Source of the DNA: Escherichia coli
Lineage (GTDB): Bacteria; Pseudomonadota; Gammaproteobacteria; Enterobacterales; Enterobacteriaceae
Length of the DNA stretch: 64,000 nt
Strand: one strand, 5' to 3'
Assembly (NCBI RefSeq): GCF_051903065.1
Contig: NZ_CP178438.1
How positions within the stretch are numbered: the first letter of the stretch is position 1; each line of letters begins with the position of its first letter. A program made the translations under genes and the position numbers. Below, piece after piece: positions 50,836 to 63,982 of this stretch. Under the pieces are notes generated by a model. The model was not told the DNA's origin. It saw nothing but the letters and a program-made list of their open reading frames with translations, and did no database searches.

Positions 50836-51437
50836 AATTTTTACCGCTGCTGGCGCTGCTGATTAGCCCGTTTGTGAGCGCCCTGACCCTGGACGATCTT
50901 CAACAACGTTTTACCGAACAGCCGGTGATCCGCGCCCATTTCGATCAAACCCGGACGATTAAAGATCTGCCGCAGCCGCTGCGATCTCAGGGCCAGATGT
51001 TGATCGCCCGCGACCAGGGGTTATTGTGGGATCAAACCTCACCGTTCCCCATGCAACTATTACTGGACGATAAACGCATGGTGCAGGTGATCAACGGTCA
51101 GCCGCCGCAAATCATCACGGCAGAAAATAACCCGCAGATGTTCCAGTTTAACCACCTGCTGCGCGCGCTGTTCCAGGCCGATCGCAAAGTGCTGGAACAA
51201 AACTTCCGCGTCGAATTTGCCGACAAAGGCGAAGGCCGCTGGACGCTGCGCCTGATGCCGACCACCACGCCACTGGATAAAATTTTCAACACCATCGATC
51301 TCGCCGGGCAAACCTATCTGGAGAGCATTCAGCTTAATGATAAACAGGGCGATCGCACCGATATTGCTCTTACCCAACATCAACTGACACCAGCGCAACT
51401 GACCGATGACGAACGCCAACGTTTTGCCGCCCAGTAA
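50832..51437 (+). CDS. LolA-like outer-membrane lipoprotein carrier family protein
   Basis: 201 aa with signal peptide MKFLPLLALLISPFVSA; ATGA overlap with upstream gene. Confidence 0.72.
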   Translation: MKFLPLLALLISPFVSALTLDDLQQRFTEQPVIRAHFDQTRTIKDLPQPLRSQGQMLIARDQGLLWDQTSPFPMQLLLDDKRMVQVINGQPPQIITAENNPQMFQFNHLLRALFQADRKVLEQNFRVEFADKGEGRWTLRLMPTTTPLDKIFNTIDLAGQTYLESIQLNDKQGDRTDIALTQHQLTPAQLTDDERQRFAAQ

Positions 51438-53724
51438 ACGCCCCGCGCTGTTATGGGGGCTAGTCTGCCTGGTCATGGCGGCGGCGTTGCTGATCCTGCT
51501 GCCGCAATCACGGCTGAACAGTAGCGTGCTGGCTATGTTACCCAAACAGGCGATGGGCGATATTCCCCCAGCGCTGAATGACGGCTTTATGCAGCGTCTG
51601 GACCGCCAACTGGTGTGGCTGGTCAGCCCCGGTAAAGAGGCTAATCCCAGGGTCGCTCAGGAGTGGCTGACGCAGCTGCAAAAATCCGCTGCGCTTGGCG
51701 ACATTAAAGGGCCAATGGATGCCGCCAGCCAGCAGGCGTGGGGAGCGTTTTTCTGGCAGCACCGCAACGGCCTGATTGACCACGACACCCGCGCCCGCCT
51801 GCAAAACGGCGGCGAAGCGCAGGCGCAGTGGATCCTCTCCCAGCTTTATTCTGCATTCTCCGGGGTAAGCGGCAAGGAGCTGCAAAACGATCCGCTGATG
51901 TTAATGCGCGGCTCGCAGCTGGCGATGGCAAAAAATGGCCAGCGTTTGCGGCTGATGGACGGCTGGCTGGTGACGCAGGATCCCCAGGGCAACTACTGGT
52001 ATCTGCTGCACGGCGAACTGGCGGGATCGTCGTTTGATATGCAGCAAACCCACCAGCTCATCACGACCCTGAATACGCTGGAAAAGGATCTGAAAACGCG
52101 TTACCCACAGGCGCAGTTGCTCTCGCGCGGCACGGTATTTTACAGCGATTACGCCAGTCAACAGGCGAAGCAGGATATCTCAACCCTGGGCGTGGCAACG
52201 CTGCTGGGGGTGATATTGCTGATTGTGGCGGTGTTCCGCTCTTTGCGCCCGTTGCTGCTTTGCGTGATTTCCATCGGCATCGGCGCGCTGGCGGGAACGG
52301 TCGCCACTTTATTGATTTTCGGTGAATTACACCTGATGACGCTGGTGATGAGCATGAGCGTTATCGGCATTTCCGCTGACTACACGCTCTATTATCTCAC
52401 CGAGCGGATGGTTCACGGCAACGACGTTTCGCCGTGGCAAAGCCTGGCGAAAGTACGCAATGCCTTGCTACTGGCGCTGCTCACCACCGTGGCGGCGTAT
52501 CTGATTATGATGCTCGCCCCCTTCCCCGGCATTCGCCAGATGGCGATTTTTGCCGCCGTCGGGTTGAGCGCCTCCTGTCTGACCGTCCTGTTCTGGCATC
52601 CGTGGCTGTGCCGTGGCCTGCCGGTGCGTCCGGTTCCGGCGATGGCGCTGATGCTACGCTGGCTGGCAGCGTGGCGGCGTAATAAAAAACTGTCGCTGGG
52701 TCTGCCCGTCGCGCTGGCGCTGTTTTCGCTGGCGGGGATGTCAATGCTACGCGTCGATGACGATATCTCGCAGTTACAGGCGCTACCGCAGCATATTCTG
52801 GCGCAGGAAAAAGCCATTACCGCCCTGACCAGGCAGAGCGTCGATCAAAAATGGTTTGTGGTTTACGGCGATTCGCCACAGCAAACATTGCGGCGACTGG
52901 AGAAATATACCGCCTCACTTGAGTATGCGAAAAAAGAGGGGCTTATCAGCAACTACCGCACCATTCCGCTGAACTCCCTTGCGCGGCAGGAGGAAGATTT
53001 ACAACTGCTGAAAACGGCGGCCCCGACAGTAACAAAAGCGCTGCAAAATGCCGGGCTGACGGCAGTGAACCCGGATCTCAACGCCATGCCAGTGAACGTT
53101 GATGAATGGCTGGCAAGCCCCGCCAGTGAAGGCTGGCGTCTGCTGTGGCTGACGCTGGAAAACGGCGAAAGCGGCGTACTGGTGCCGGTTGAAGGGGTTA
53201 AAAGTAGCGCGTTGATGCAGGAAATCGCCAGCTATTACCCTTGCGGCATTGCCTGGGTTGATCGCAAAAGCACCTTTGATGAATTGTTCGCACTTTACCG
53301 TTATGTCTTAACCGGCTTGTTGCTGGTGGCGCTGGCGGTGATTGCCTGCGGCGCAGTGGCCCGTCTCGGCTGGCGCAAAGGGCTTATCAGCCTGGTGCCT
53401 TCGGTGCTTTCGCTGGGCTGCGGTCTGGCGGTGCTGGCGATGAGCGGGCAGGCGGTGAATATCTTTTCGCTTCTGGCGCTGGTGCTGGTGCTTGGCATCG
53501 GCATCAATTACACGCTGTTTTTCAGTAATCCGCGCGGCACACCGTTAACTTCGCTACTGGCGATCACACTGGCAATGCTCACCACCTTGCTGACGCTGGG
53601 AATGTTGGTATTCAGCGCCACCCAGGCCATCAGCAGTTTTGGCATTGTGCTGGTGAGCGGTATTTTCACCGCCTTCCTGCTTTCGCCGCTGGCTATGCCC
53701 GATAAAAAGAGAACAAAAAAATGA
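51406..53724 (+). CDS. MMPL/RND-superfamily exporter
   Basis: 772 aa, two clusters of TM helices separated by soluble loops; 32-nt overlap with upstream gene. Confidence 0.8.
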   Translation: MTNANVLPPSKRPALLWGLVCLVMAAALLILLPQSRLNSSVLAMLPKQAMGDIPPALNDGFMQRLDRQLVWLVSPGKEANPRVAQEWLTQLQKSAALGDIKGPMDAASQQAWGAFFWQHRNGLIDHDTRARLQNGGEAQAQWILSQLYSAFSGVSGKELQNDPLMLMRGSQLAMAKNGQRLRLMDGWLVTQDPQGNYWYLLHGELAGSSFDMQQTHQLITTLNTLEKDLKTRYPQAQLLSRGTVFYSDYASQQAKQDISTLGVATLLGVILLIVAVFRSLRPLLLCVISIGIGALAGTVATLLIFGELHLMTLVMSMSVIGISADYTLYYLTERMVHGNDVSPWQSLAKVRNALLLALLTTVAAYLIMMLAPFPGIRQMAIFAAVGLSASCLTVLFWHPWLCRGLPVRPVPAMALMLRWLAAWRRNKKLSLGLPVALALFSLAGMSMLRVDDDISQLQALPQHILAQEKAITALTRQSVDQKWFVVYGDSPQQTLRRLEKYTASLEYAKKEGLISNYRTIPLNSLARQEEDLQLLKTAAPTVTKALQNAGLTAVNPDLNAMPVNVDEWLASPASEGWRLLWLTLENGESGVLVPVEGVKSSALMQEIASYYPCGIAWVDRKSTFDELFALYRYVLTGLLLVALAVIACGAVARLGWRKGLISLVPSVLSLGCGLAVLAMSGQAVNIFSLLALVLVLGIGINYTLFFSNPRGTPLTSLLAITLAMLTTLLTLGMLVFSATQAISSFGIVLVSGIFTAFLLSPLAMPDKKRTKK

Positions 53725-54305
53725 TCAAATCCACATTCTGGCGAGCGTTCGCCCTGACCGCTACGCTTATCCTCACCGGCTGTAGCCACTCGCAACCAGA
53801 ACAGGAAGGCCGCCCGCAGGCGTGGCTGCAACCTGGCACGCGCATCACGCTGCCGGCACCAGGGATTTCACCCGCAGTCAATTCGCAGCAACTGTTGACC
53901 GGCAGCTTCAACGGCAAAACCCAGTCGCTGCTAGTAATGCTTAACGCCGACGACCAGAAAATCACCCTTGCCGGGCTGTCGTCGGTCGGCATTCGCCTGT
54001 TTCTGGTGACCTACGATGCAAAAGGGCTACGCGCCGAGCAATCCATCGTCGTCCCGCAGTTGCCGCCCGCAAGTCAGGTGCTGGCTGACGTAATGCTCAG
54101 CCACTGGCCGATTAGCGCCTGGCAACCGCAACTTCCCGCAGGATGGACACTTCGCGACAACGGTGACAAACGCGAGCTGCGTAACGCCAGCGGCAAACTG
54201 GTCACGGAAATCACCTATCTGAATCGCCAGGGAAAACGCGTGCCAATCAGCATTGAGCAGCATGTCTTTAAATACCACATCACCATTCAATACTTAGGTG
54301 ACTGA
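53721..54305 (+). CDS. lipoprotein of unknown function (DUF3261-like)
   Basis: 194 aa, lipobox LILTGC after signal peptide; ATGA overlap with MMPL gene. Confidence 0.72.
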   Translation: MIKSTFWRAFALTATLILTGCSHSQPEQEGRPQAWLQPGTRITLPAPGISPAVNSQQLLTGSFNGKTQSLLVMLNADDQKITLAGLSSVGIRLFLVTYDAKGLRAEQSIVVPQLPPASQVLADVMLSHWPISAWQPQLPAGWTLRDNGDKRELRNASGKLVTEITYLNRQGKRVPISIEQHVFKYHITIQYLGD

Positions 54306-54306
54306 T

Positions 54307-55476
54307 ATGATTTATATTTCCGCCGTCGGCATGATCAACGCCCTGGGAAATAACCTTGACGAAATCGCAGCCAACCTGGCTCGCGGTGTCGCCCCCGGAA
54401 TGCGCCCACGCGCAGGCTGGTTGCAGGGGCATCCGCAGGCGGTCCTGGCTGGCGTGGATGGCGAGCTTCCGCTTATCCCGGAAAAATTCGCTGCGCATCG
54501 CTCGCGCAACAATCAGATCCTGCTGGCGGCGCTGGCGCAGCTCCAGCCGCAGGTTGATGACACTATAGCGAAATATGGTCGCGAGCGCATCGCGATTGTA
54601 CTTGGCACCAGCACCTCCGGCCTGCATGAAGGCGACACGCACGTTAACCTGCGCACCCACGGGCAGCCGAGCACCACATGGCATTACGCGCAACAGGAAC
54701 TCGGCGATCCGTCGCGTTTTCTCAGCCACTGGCTGGCGCTCGACGGCCCGGCTTATACCCTTTCAACCGCCTGCTCCTCCAGCGCCAGAGCGATGATCAG
54801 CGGGCGCAGGCTTATCGAGGCGGGGCTGGTCGATGCCGCCATTGTGGGTGGCGCAGACACCCTGAGCCGGATGCCGATTAACGGTTTTCACAGCCTCGAA
54901 TCGCTGTCGCCAACCTTATGTCAGCCGTTCGGTCGTGACCGCGCAGGTATCACCATTGGTGAAGGGGCGGGGCTAATGCTGCTGACCCGCGAACCGCAGC
55001 CCATCGCATTGCTGGGCGTTGGTGAATCGAGCGACGCTTACCATATTTCAGCTCCGCATCCGCAGGGCGAAGGAGCGATCCGCGCTATTAATCAGGCGCT
55101 GACCGATGCGCAGCTTACGCCGGATGACGTCGGCTATATCAACCTGCACGGCACCGCCACACAGCTCAACGACCAGATTGAATCAATGGTGGTTAACGCC
55201 CTGTTTGGCGAACGCGTACCGTGCAGCTCCACCAAACATTTGACCGGACACACGCTGGGCGCAGCGGGCATTACCGAGGCGGCAATTAGTATGTTGATTT
55301 TACAGCGTGATTTACCGCTGCCCGCTCAGGACTTCAGCCTGTCGCCGCGCGATCCCACGCTGCCACCGTGTGGCATTATCGAAAAACCGCAGCCGCTGGC
55401 ACGTCCGGTGATCCTGTCCAATTCCTTCGCCTTTGGCGGCAATAACGCCAGCATTCTGCTCGGGAGGGTTTCGTGA
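54307..55476 (+). CDS. beta-ketoacyl-ACP synthase (catalytically competent KS)
   Basis: ORF 54298..55476 (GTG); ATG 54307 has SD taggtga 7 nt upstream; catalytic triad motifs STACSSS, HGTAT, GHTLGAAG. Confidence 0.85.
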   Translation: MIYISAVGMINALGNNLDEIAANLARGVAPGMRPRAGWLQGHPQAVLAGVDGELPLIPEKFAAHRSRNNQILLAALAQLQPQVDDTIAKYGRERIAIVLGTSTSGLHEGDTHVNLRTHGQPSTTWHYAQQELGDPSRFLSHWLALDGPAYTLSTACSSSARAMISGRRLIEAGLVDAAIVGGADTLSRMPINGFHSLESLSPTLCQPFGRDRAGITIGEGAGLMLLTREPQPIALLGVGESSDAYHISAPHPQGEGAIRAINQALTDAQLTPDDVGYINLHGTATQLNDQIESMVVNALFGERVPCSSTKHLTGHTLGAAGITEAAISMLILQRDLPLPAQDFSLSPRDPTLPPCGIIEKPQPLARPVILSNSFAFGGNNASILLGRVS

Positions 55477-55937
55477 GCCACTATTTATCCCCCGGTGCTT
55501 ATCTGCCCCACGACGCGCCCATGTTACTGCTGGAAGACGTGGTGAGCGTCAGCGATGACAGCGCGGTGTGCCGCGTGACGGTTTCGCCCAGTGGCGTACT
55601 GGCACCGTTTCTCGACCCGGACGGCAATCTCCCCGGCTGGTTTACCCTTGAACTGATGGCGCAAACCGTCGGCGTCTGGTCTGGCTGGCATCGCCACCAG
55701 CAGGGCAAAAACAGTATTGAGTTAGGGATGATACTGGGCGCGCGTGAATTGCTTTGCACCACTGGCATTCTGCCCGCAGGCCAGACGCTGACCATTACCG
55801 TCAAACTGCTGATGCAAGACGATCGCTTCGGCAGTTTTGAGTGCAGCATCAACGACGGCGAGGCAACGGGCCGCATTAACACCTTCCAGCCGACCGCGGA
55901 AGAACTTACCACCCTGTTTCAACAAGGAGCGTCCTGA
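55473..55937 (+). CDS. FabA-like hotdog-fold dehydratase
   Basis: 154 aa; GTG start overlapping upstream stop (GTGA) with SD ggagg; hotdog-length protein with no other recognisable catalytic motifs. Confidence 0.7.
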   Translation: MSHYLSPGAYLPHDAPMLLLEDVVSVSDDSAVCRVTVSPSGVLAPFLDPDGNLPGWFTLELMAQTVGVWSGWHRHQQGKNSIELGMILGARELLCTTGILPAGQTLTITVKLLMQDDRFGSFECSINDGEATGRINTFQPTAEELTTLFQQGAS

Positions 55938-56668
55938 TGAGTCGTTCAGTTCTGGTTACTGGTGCCAGCAAAGGCATTGGTCGCGCCATCGCCTGCCAAC
56001 TGGCGGCAGACGGCTTTAACATTGGCGTTCACTATCACCGTGACGCCACAGGCGCTCAGGAAACGCTGAATGCCATTGTCGCCAATGGGGGTAACGGGCG
56101 TTTGCTCAGTTTCGACGTCGCAAACCGCGAACAGTGTCGGGAAGTGCTGGAGCATGAGATCGCGCAACACGGTGCCTGGTACGGCGTGGTCAGTAACGCC
56201 GGGATCGCCCGCGATGCCGCTTTTCCGGCTTTAAGCGATGACGACTGGGATGCGGTGATCCACACCAACCTCGACAGTTTCTACAACGTCATTCAGCCGT
56301 GCATTATGCCGATGATCGGCGCACGCCAGGGTGGGCGCATCATCACGCTATCCTCGGTTTCCGGCGTAATGGGCAATCGCGGCCAGGTGAATTACAGCGC
56401 TGCCAAAGCCGGAATTATCGGCGCAACAAAAGCGCTGGCTATCGAACTCGCGAAGCGCAAAATCACCGTCAACTGCATCGCGCCGGGGCTTATTGATACC
56501 GGGATGATCGAAATGGAAGAGAGCGCTCTGAAAGAGGCAATGTCGATGATCCCCATGAAACGTATGGGCCAGGCGGAAGAAGTTGCCGGGCTTGCCAGTT
56601 ATTTAATGTCTGATATTGCGGGTTACGTCACCCGCCAAGTTATTTCCATCAACGGAGGGATGTTATGA
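55937..56668 (+). CDS. 3-oxoacyl-ACP reductase (SDR, FabG-like)
   Basis: 243 aa; VLVTGASKGIGRAIA cofactor motif, catalytic NYSAAKAG (YxxxK). Confidence 0.88.
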   Translation: MSRSVLVTGASKGIGRAIACQLAADGFNIGVHYHRDATGAQETLNAIVANGGNGRLLSFDVANREQCREVLEHEIAQHGAWYGVVSNAGIARDAAFPALSDDDWDAVIHTNLDSFYNVIQPCIMPMIGARQGGRIITLSSVSGVMGNRGQVNYSAAKAGIIGATKALAIELAKRKITVNCIAPGLIDTGMIEMEESALKEAMSMIPMKRMGQAEEVAGLASYLMSDIAGYVTRQVISINGGML

Positions 56669-57894
56669 CACGTCGCGTAGTGATTACAGGAATGGGCGGC
56701 GTGACTGCCTTTGGTGAAAACTGGCAGGACGTTTCTGCACGCTTACTGGCGTATGAAAATGCGGTGCGCAAAATGCCGGAGTGGCAGGTCTACGACGGGC
56801 TGCACACCCTGCTTGGCGCGCCTGTTGATGATTTCACGCTACCGGAGCACTACACCCGCAAGCGTATCCGTGCGATGGGCCGCGTGTCGCAAATGTCGAC
56901 CCGTGCCAGCGAGCTGGCGTTAGAGCAGGCAGGGTTGATTGGCGATCCGATATTAACCAGCGGCGAAACGGGCATTGCGTACGGTTCATCGACCGGCAGT
57001 ACCGGCCCGGTAAGCGAGTTCGCCACCATGCTGACGGAAAAGCACACCAATAACATCACTGGCACCACCTATGTGCAGATGATGCCGCACACCACCGCCG
57101 TTAATACTGGCCTCTTTTTCGGCCTGCGCGGGCGGGTGATCCCAACCTCCAGCGCCTGTACTTCCGGCAGCCAGGCAATCGGTTATGCGTGGGAAGCCAT
57201 TCGCCACGGTTATCAAACGGTGATGGTTGCTGGTGGTGCCGAAGAGTTATGTCCTTCAGAAGCAGCGGTATTTGATACGCTTTTCGCCACCAGCCAGCAC
57301 AATGATGCGCCGAAAACCACACCTTCACCGTTCGATGAAAACCGCGACGGGCTGGTGATTGGTGAAGGCGCAGGTACGCTCATTCTCGAAGAACTGGAAC
57401 ACGCCAAAGCGCGCGGCGCGACCATTTACGGTGAAATCGTCGGCTTTGCGACGAACTGCGACGCGGCACATATTACCCAGCCGCAGCGCGAAACCATGCA
57501 GTATTGTATGGAGCAATCGCTGAAAATCGCCGGGTTAAGCGCACAAGATATCGGCTATATTTCAGCGCATGGTACGGCGACCGATCGCGGTGATATGGCA
57601 GAAAGTCTGGCGACAGCAACCATTTACGGTGATAATGTGCCGCTCTCCTCGCTGAAAAGTTATTTTGGTCATACGCTTGGTGCCTGTGGCGCGCTCGAAG
57701 CCTGGATGAGTCTGCAAATGATGCGCGAAGGTTGGTTTGCGCCTACGCTAAACCTGAATAAACCAGACCCGAATTGTGGCGCGCTGGATTACATCATGCA
57801 TGAAGCCCGCAAGGTTGATTGTGAGTTTTTACAGAGTAACAACTTTGCCTTTGGCGGCATTAATACATCCATCATCATTAAACGTTGGCCCTGA
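56665..57894 (+). CDS. beta-ketoacyl-ACP synthase II-like (FabF/FabB family)
   Basis: 409 aa; SSACTSGS, SAHGTATDRGD, GHTLGACG motifs; ATGA overlap with reductase gene. Confidence 0.88.
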   Translation: MTRRVVITGMGGVTAFGENWQDVSARLLAYENAVRKMPEWQVYDGLHTLLGAPVDDFTLPEHYTRKRIRAMGRVSQMSTRASELALEQAGLIGDPILTSGETGIAYGSSTGSTGPVSEFATMLTEKHTNNITGTTYVQMMPHTTAVNTGLFFGLRGRVIPTSSACTSGSQAIGYAWEAIRHGYQTVMVAGGAEELCPSEAAVFDTLFATSQHNDAPKTTPSPFDENRDGLVIGEGAGTLILEELEHAKARGATIYGEIVGFATNCDAAHITQPQRETMQYCMEQSLKIAGLSAQDIGYISAHGTATDRGDMAESLATATIYGDNVPLSSLKSYFGHTLGACGALEAWMSLQMMREGWFAPTLNLNKPDPNCGALDYIMHEARKVDCEFLQSNNFAFGGINTSIIIKRWP

Positions 57895-57895
57895 T

Positions 57896-58483
57896 ATGTA
57901 TCGGATAGTTCTGGGGAAAGTTTCGACCTTAAGCGCAGCTCCACTGCCACCGGGTTTACGCGAGCAAGCACCGCAAGGTCCACGACGCGAACGCTGGCTG
58001 GCGGGGCGTGCATTGCTTTCGCACACGCTTTCCCCGCTACCGGAGATCATCTATGGCGAACAAGGCAAACCTGCATTTGCGCCGGAAACGCCGCTATGGT
58101 TCAACTTAAGCCATAGCGGTGACGATATCGCCCTGCTGTTGAGTGATGAAGGCGAAGTCGGCTGCGATATCGAAGTGATTCGCCCGCGCGCCAACTGGCG
58201 CTGGCTGGCGAACGCCGTGTTCAGCCTCGGGGAACACGCTGAAATGGACGCCGTGCATCCTGATCAGCAACTGGAAATGTTCTGGCGCATCTGGACGCGC
58301 AAAGAAGCCATCGTTAAACAGCGTGGCGGCAGCGCCTGGCAAATCGTCAGCGTAGACAGCACCTATCACTCCTCGCTGTCAGTCAGCCATTGTCAGCTAG
58401 AAAATTTAAGCCTTGCGATCTGCACCCCCACCCCCTTTACGCTCACCGCCGACAGTGTGCAATGGATCGATTCAGTTAACTGA
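57896..58483 (+). CDS. acpT: holo-ACP synthase-type 4'-phosphopantetheinyl transferase AcpT
   Basis: ORF 57776..58483; 195-aa form from MYRIVLGKVSTLSAAPLPPGLREQ... begins 1 nt after the KS stop; PPTase core (FNLSHSGD..., WTRKEAIVK). Confidence 0.9.
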   Translation: MYRIVLGKVSTLSAAPLPPGLREQAPQGPRRERWLAGRALLSHTLSPLPEIIYGEQGKPAFAPETPLWFNLSHSGDDIALLLSDEGEVGCDIEVIRPRANWRWLANAVFSLGEHAEMDAVHPDQQLEMFWRIWTRKEAIVKQRGGSAWQIVSVDSTYHSSLSVSHCQLENLSLAICTPTPFTLTADSVQWIDSVN

Positions 58484-58529
58484 TCCCGCCCACCCGACTG
58501 CCCATCTATTGATCCAGAACAGGTAATCA

Positions 58530-58557
58530 GTATGACGAATACTTAAAATCGTCATAC
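58530..58557 (+). promoter_or_regulatory. NikR operator in the nikA promoter
   Basis: GTATGA-N16-TCATAC dyad (gtatgacgaatacttaaaatcgtcatac) about 40 bp upstream of nikA start. Confidence 0.8.
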
Positions 58558-58594
58558 TTATTTCCGCCATCTATTTTAATCCATTGGGGTTACC

Positions 58595-60169
58595 ATGCTC
58601 TCCACACTCCGCCGCACTCTATTTGCGCTGCTGGCTTGTGCGTCTTTTATCGTCCATGCCGCTGCACCAGATGAAATCACCACCGCCTGGCCGGTGAATG
58701 TCGGGCCACTAAACCCGCACCTTTACACGCCTAACCAGATGTTCGCCCAGAGCATGGTTTATGAACCGCTGGTGAAATATCAGGCTGATGGTTCGGTGAT
58801 CCCGTGGCTGGCAAAAAGCTGGACTCATTCAGAAGATGGTAAAACCTGGACCTTCACCCTGCGTGATGACGTGAAATTCTCCAACGGCGAACCGTTTGAT
58901 GCAGAGGCAGCGGCAGAAAACTTCCGCGCAGTGCTCGATAACCGTCAACGTCACGCCTGGCTGGAGCTGGCAAACCAGATTGTTGATGTCAAAGCACTCA
59001 GTAAAACAGAGCTGCAAATCACCCTGAAAAGCGCCTACTATCCTTTCCTGCAAGAACTGGCCCTGCCGCGCCCTTTCCGCTTTATCGCCCCCTCGCAGTT
59101 TAAAAACCATGAAACCATGAACGGGATTAAAGCGCCGATTGGCACCGGGCCGTGGGTTTTGCAGGAATCGAAACTGAATCAGTACGATGTCTTCGTCCGT
59201 AACGAAAACTACTGGGGCGAAAAGCCGGCGATTAAGAAGATCACTTTTAACGTCATCCCGGACCCTACTACCCGCGCGGTGGCGTTTGAAACTGGCGATA
59301 TCGACCTGCTGTACGGAAACGAAGGGTTATTACCGCTCGATACCTTCGCCCGCTTTAGCCAGAACCCGGCTTACCATACCCAACTGTCGCAGCCGATCGA
59401 AACCGTGATGCTGGCGCTTAATACCGCCAAAGCCCCCACCAATGAGCTGGCAGTACGTGAAGCTCTTAATTACGCGGTAAACAAAAAATCGCTGATTGAT
59501 AACGCGTTGTATGGCACCCAGCAGGTCGCCGACACCCTGTTTGCCCCTTCTGTGCCCTACGCCAACCTCGGCCTGAAACCGCGCCAGTACGATCCGCAGA
59601 AAGCGAAAGCGTTGCTGGAAAAAGCCGGTTGGACGCTGCCTGCGGGCAAAGACATCCGCGAGAAAAATGGTCAGCCGCTGCGCATTGAACTGTCGTTCAT
59701 CGGCACCGATGCGTTAAGCAAATCGATGGCGGAAATCATTCAGGCTGATATGCGCCAGATTGGCGCAGATGTCTCGCTGATTGGCGAAGAAGAGAGCAGT
59801 ATCTATGCTCGTCAGCGCGACGGTCGTTTTGGCATGATTTTCCACCGCACCTGGGGCGCGCCATACGATCCACACGCCTTCCTCAGTTCAATGCGCGTAC
59901 CGTCACACGCTGACTTCCAGGCACAGCAAGGATTAGCCGACAAACCGCTGATTGATAAAGAGATCGGCGAAGTGCTGGCGACCCATGACGAAACGCAACG
60001 TCAGGCGCTGTATCGCGACATTCTGACCCGTCTGCATGACGAGGCGGTTTATCTGCCTATCAGTTACATCTCAATGATGGTGGTATCAAAACCGGAGCTG
60101 GGTAACATCCCCTACGCGCCGATCGCCACCGAAATTCCGTTCGAACAGATTAAACCGGTGAAACCTTAA
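58595..60169 (+). CDS. nikA: nickel ABC transporter periplasmic binding protein
   Basis: 524 aa with signal peptide [24 protein letters not shown]. Confidence 0.93.
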   Translation: MLSTLRRTLFALLACASFIVHAAAPDEITTAWPVNVGPLNPHLYTPNQMFAQSMVYEPLVKYQADGSVIPWLAKSWTHSEDGKTWTFTLRDDVKFSNGEPFDAEAAAENFRAVLDNRQRHAWLELANQIVDVKALSKTELQITLKSAYYPFLQELALPRPFRFIAPSQFKNHETMNGIKAPIGTGPWVLQESKLNQYDVFVRNENYWGEKPAIKKITFNVIPDPTTRAVAFETGDIDLLYGNEGLLPLDTFARFSQNPAYHTQLSQPIETVMLALNTAKAPTNELAVREALNYAVNKKSLIDNALYGTQQVADTLFAPSVPYANLGLKPRQYDPQKAKALLEKAGWTLPAGKDIREKNGQPLRIELSFIGTDALSKSMAEIIQADMRQIGADVSLIGEEESSIYARQRDGRFGMIFHRTWGAPYDPHAFLSSMRVPSHADFQAQQGLADKPLIDKEIGEVLATHDETQRQALYRDILTRLHDEAVYLPISYISMMVVSKPELGNIPYAPIATEIPFEQIKPVKP

Positions 60170-61109
60170 TGTTGCGTTACGTATTACGCCGCTTTCTGCT
60201 GCTGATCCCGATGGTGCTCGCCGCCTCGGTGATCATTTTTCTGATGCTGCGCCTCGGTACCGGCGACCCGGCGCTCGATTATCTGCGTTTATCTAACCTG
60301 CCGCCGACGCCGGAGATGCTGGCCTCTACCCGCACCATGCTCGGACTGGATCAGCCGCTGTACGTCCAGTACGGCACCTGGTTGTGGAAGGCGCTGCATC
60401 TTGACTTTGGTATCTCATTCGCCAGCCAACGCCCGGTACTGGACGATATGCTGAACTTCCTGCCCGCCACGCTGGAACTTGCAGGTGCGGCGCTGGTATT
60501 AATTCTGCTCACTTCTGTGCCGCTCGGTATCTGGGCGGCGCGCCATCGCGATCGTCTGCCGGATTTCGCCATACGTTTCATCGCGTTTCTCGGCGTGTCG
60601 ATGCCTAACTTCTGGCTGGCGTTTTTACTGGTGATGGCGTTTTCGGTGTATCTGCAATGGCTACCCGCGATGGGCTACGGCGGCTGGCAGCACATCATTC
60701 TGCCTGCGGTTTCCATCGCCTTTATGTCGCTGGCGATTAACGCGCGACTGCTGCGCGCCAGTATGCTGGACGTCGCCGGTCAGCGTCACGTCACCTGGGC
60801 GCGGCTACGCGGCCTGAATGACAAACAGACCGAACGCCGCCATATTCTGCGCAATGCCTCGCTGCCGATGATCACCGCCGTGGGGATGCACATCGGCGAA
60901 CTGATTGGCGGGACGATGATTATCGAAAACATCTTTGCCTGGCCGGGCGTCGGGCGCTATGCGGTGTCGGCGATTTTTAACCGTGACTATCCGGTGATCC
61001 AGTGCTTTACGCTGATGATGGTGGTGGTTTTTGTGGTCTGTAATTTGATTGTCGATTTGCTCAACGCCGCGCTGGACCCACGCATTCGTCGTCATGAAGG
61101 AGCGCACGC

Positions 61110-61113
<4 letters not shown>
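60169..61113 (+). CDS. nikB: nickel ABC transporter permease
   Basis: 314-aa membrane protein, operon position. Confidence 0.92.
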
Positions 61114-63917
<2,804 letters not shown>

Positions 63918-63949
63918 GTTATTTCTGAAACGAGGAAAGAAAAGATATT

Positions 63950-63982
63950 AACTGAACTTAATTTATAAAATTAAGTTCAGTT
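63950..63982. repeat. perfect 13-bp inverted repeat (hairpin) downstream of nikR
   Basis: aactgaacttaat-ttataaa-attaagttcagtt; no T-run, so not a canonical intrinsic terminator. Confidence 0.55.

Noticed and set aside
51538-52817. Multiple minus-strand ORFs inside the MMPL exporter gene
   Set aside because: Antisense to a long, coherent membrane-protein ORF; no independent support.
57776-57895. N-terminal extension of acpT (ORF track start 57776)
   Set aside because: It overlaps the 3' end of the upstream ketosynthase in another frame; AcpT begins at MYRIVLGK (57896), giving the expected about 195-aa PPTase.
58511-58529. Possible FNR half-site (ttgatccagaacag) upstream of the NikR operator
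   Set aside because: Only one half matches TTGAT-N4-ATCAA; insufficient to call, although nik is known to be anaerobically induced.
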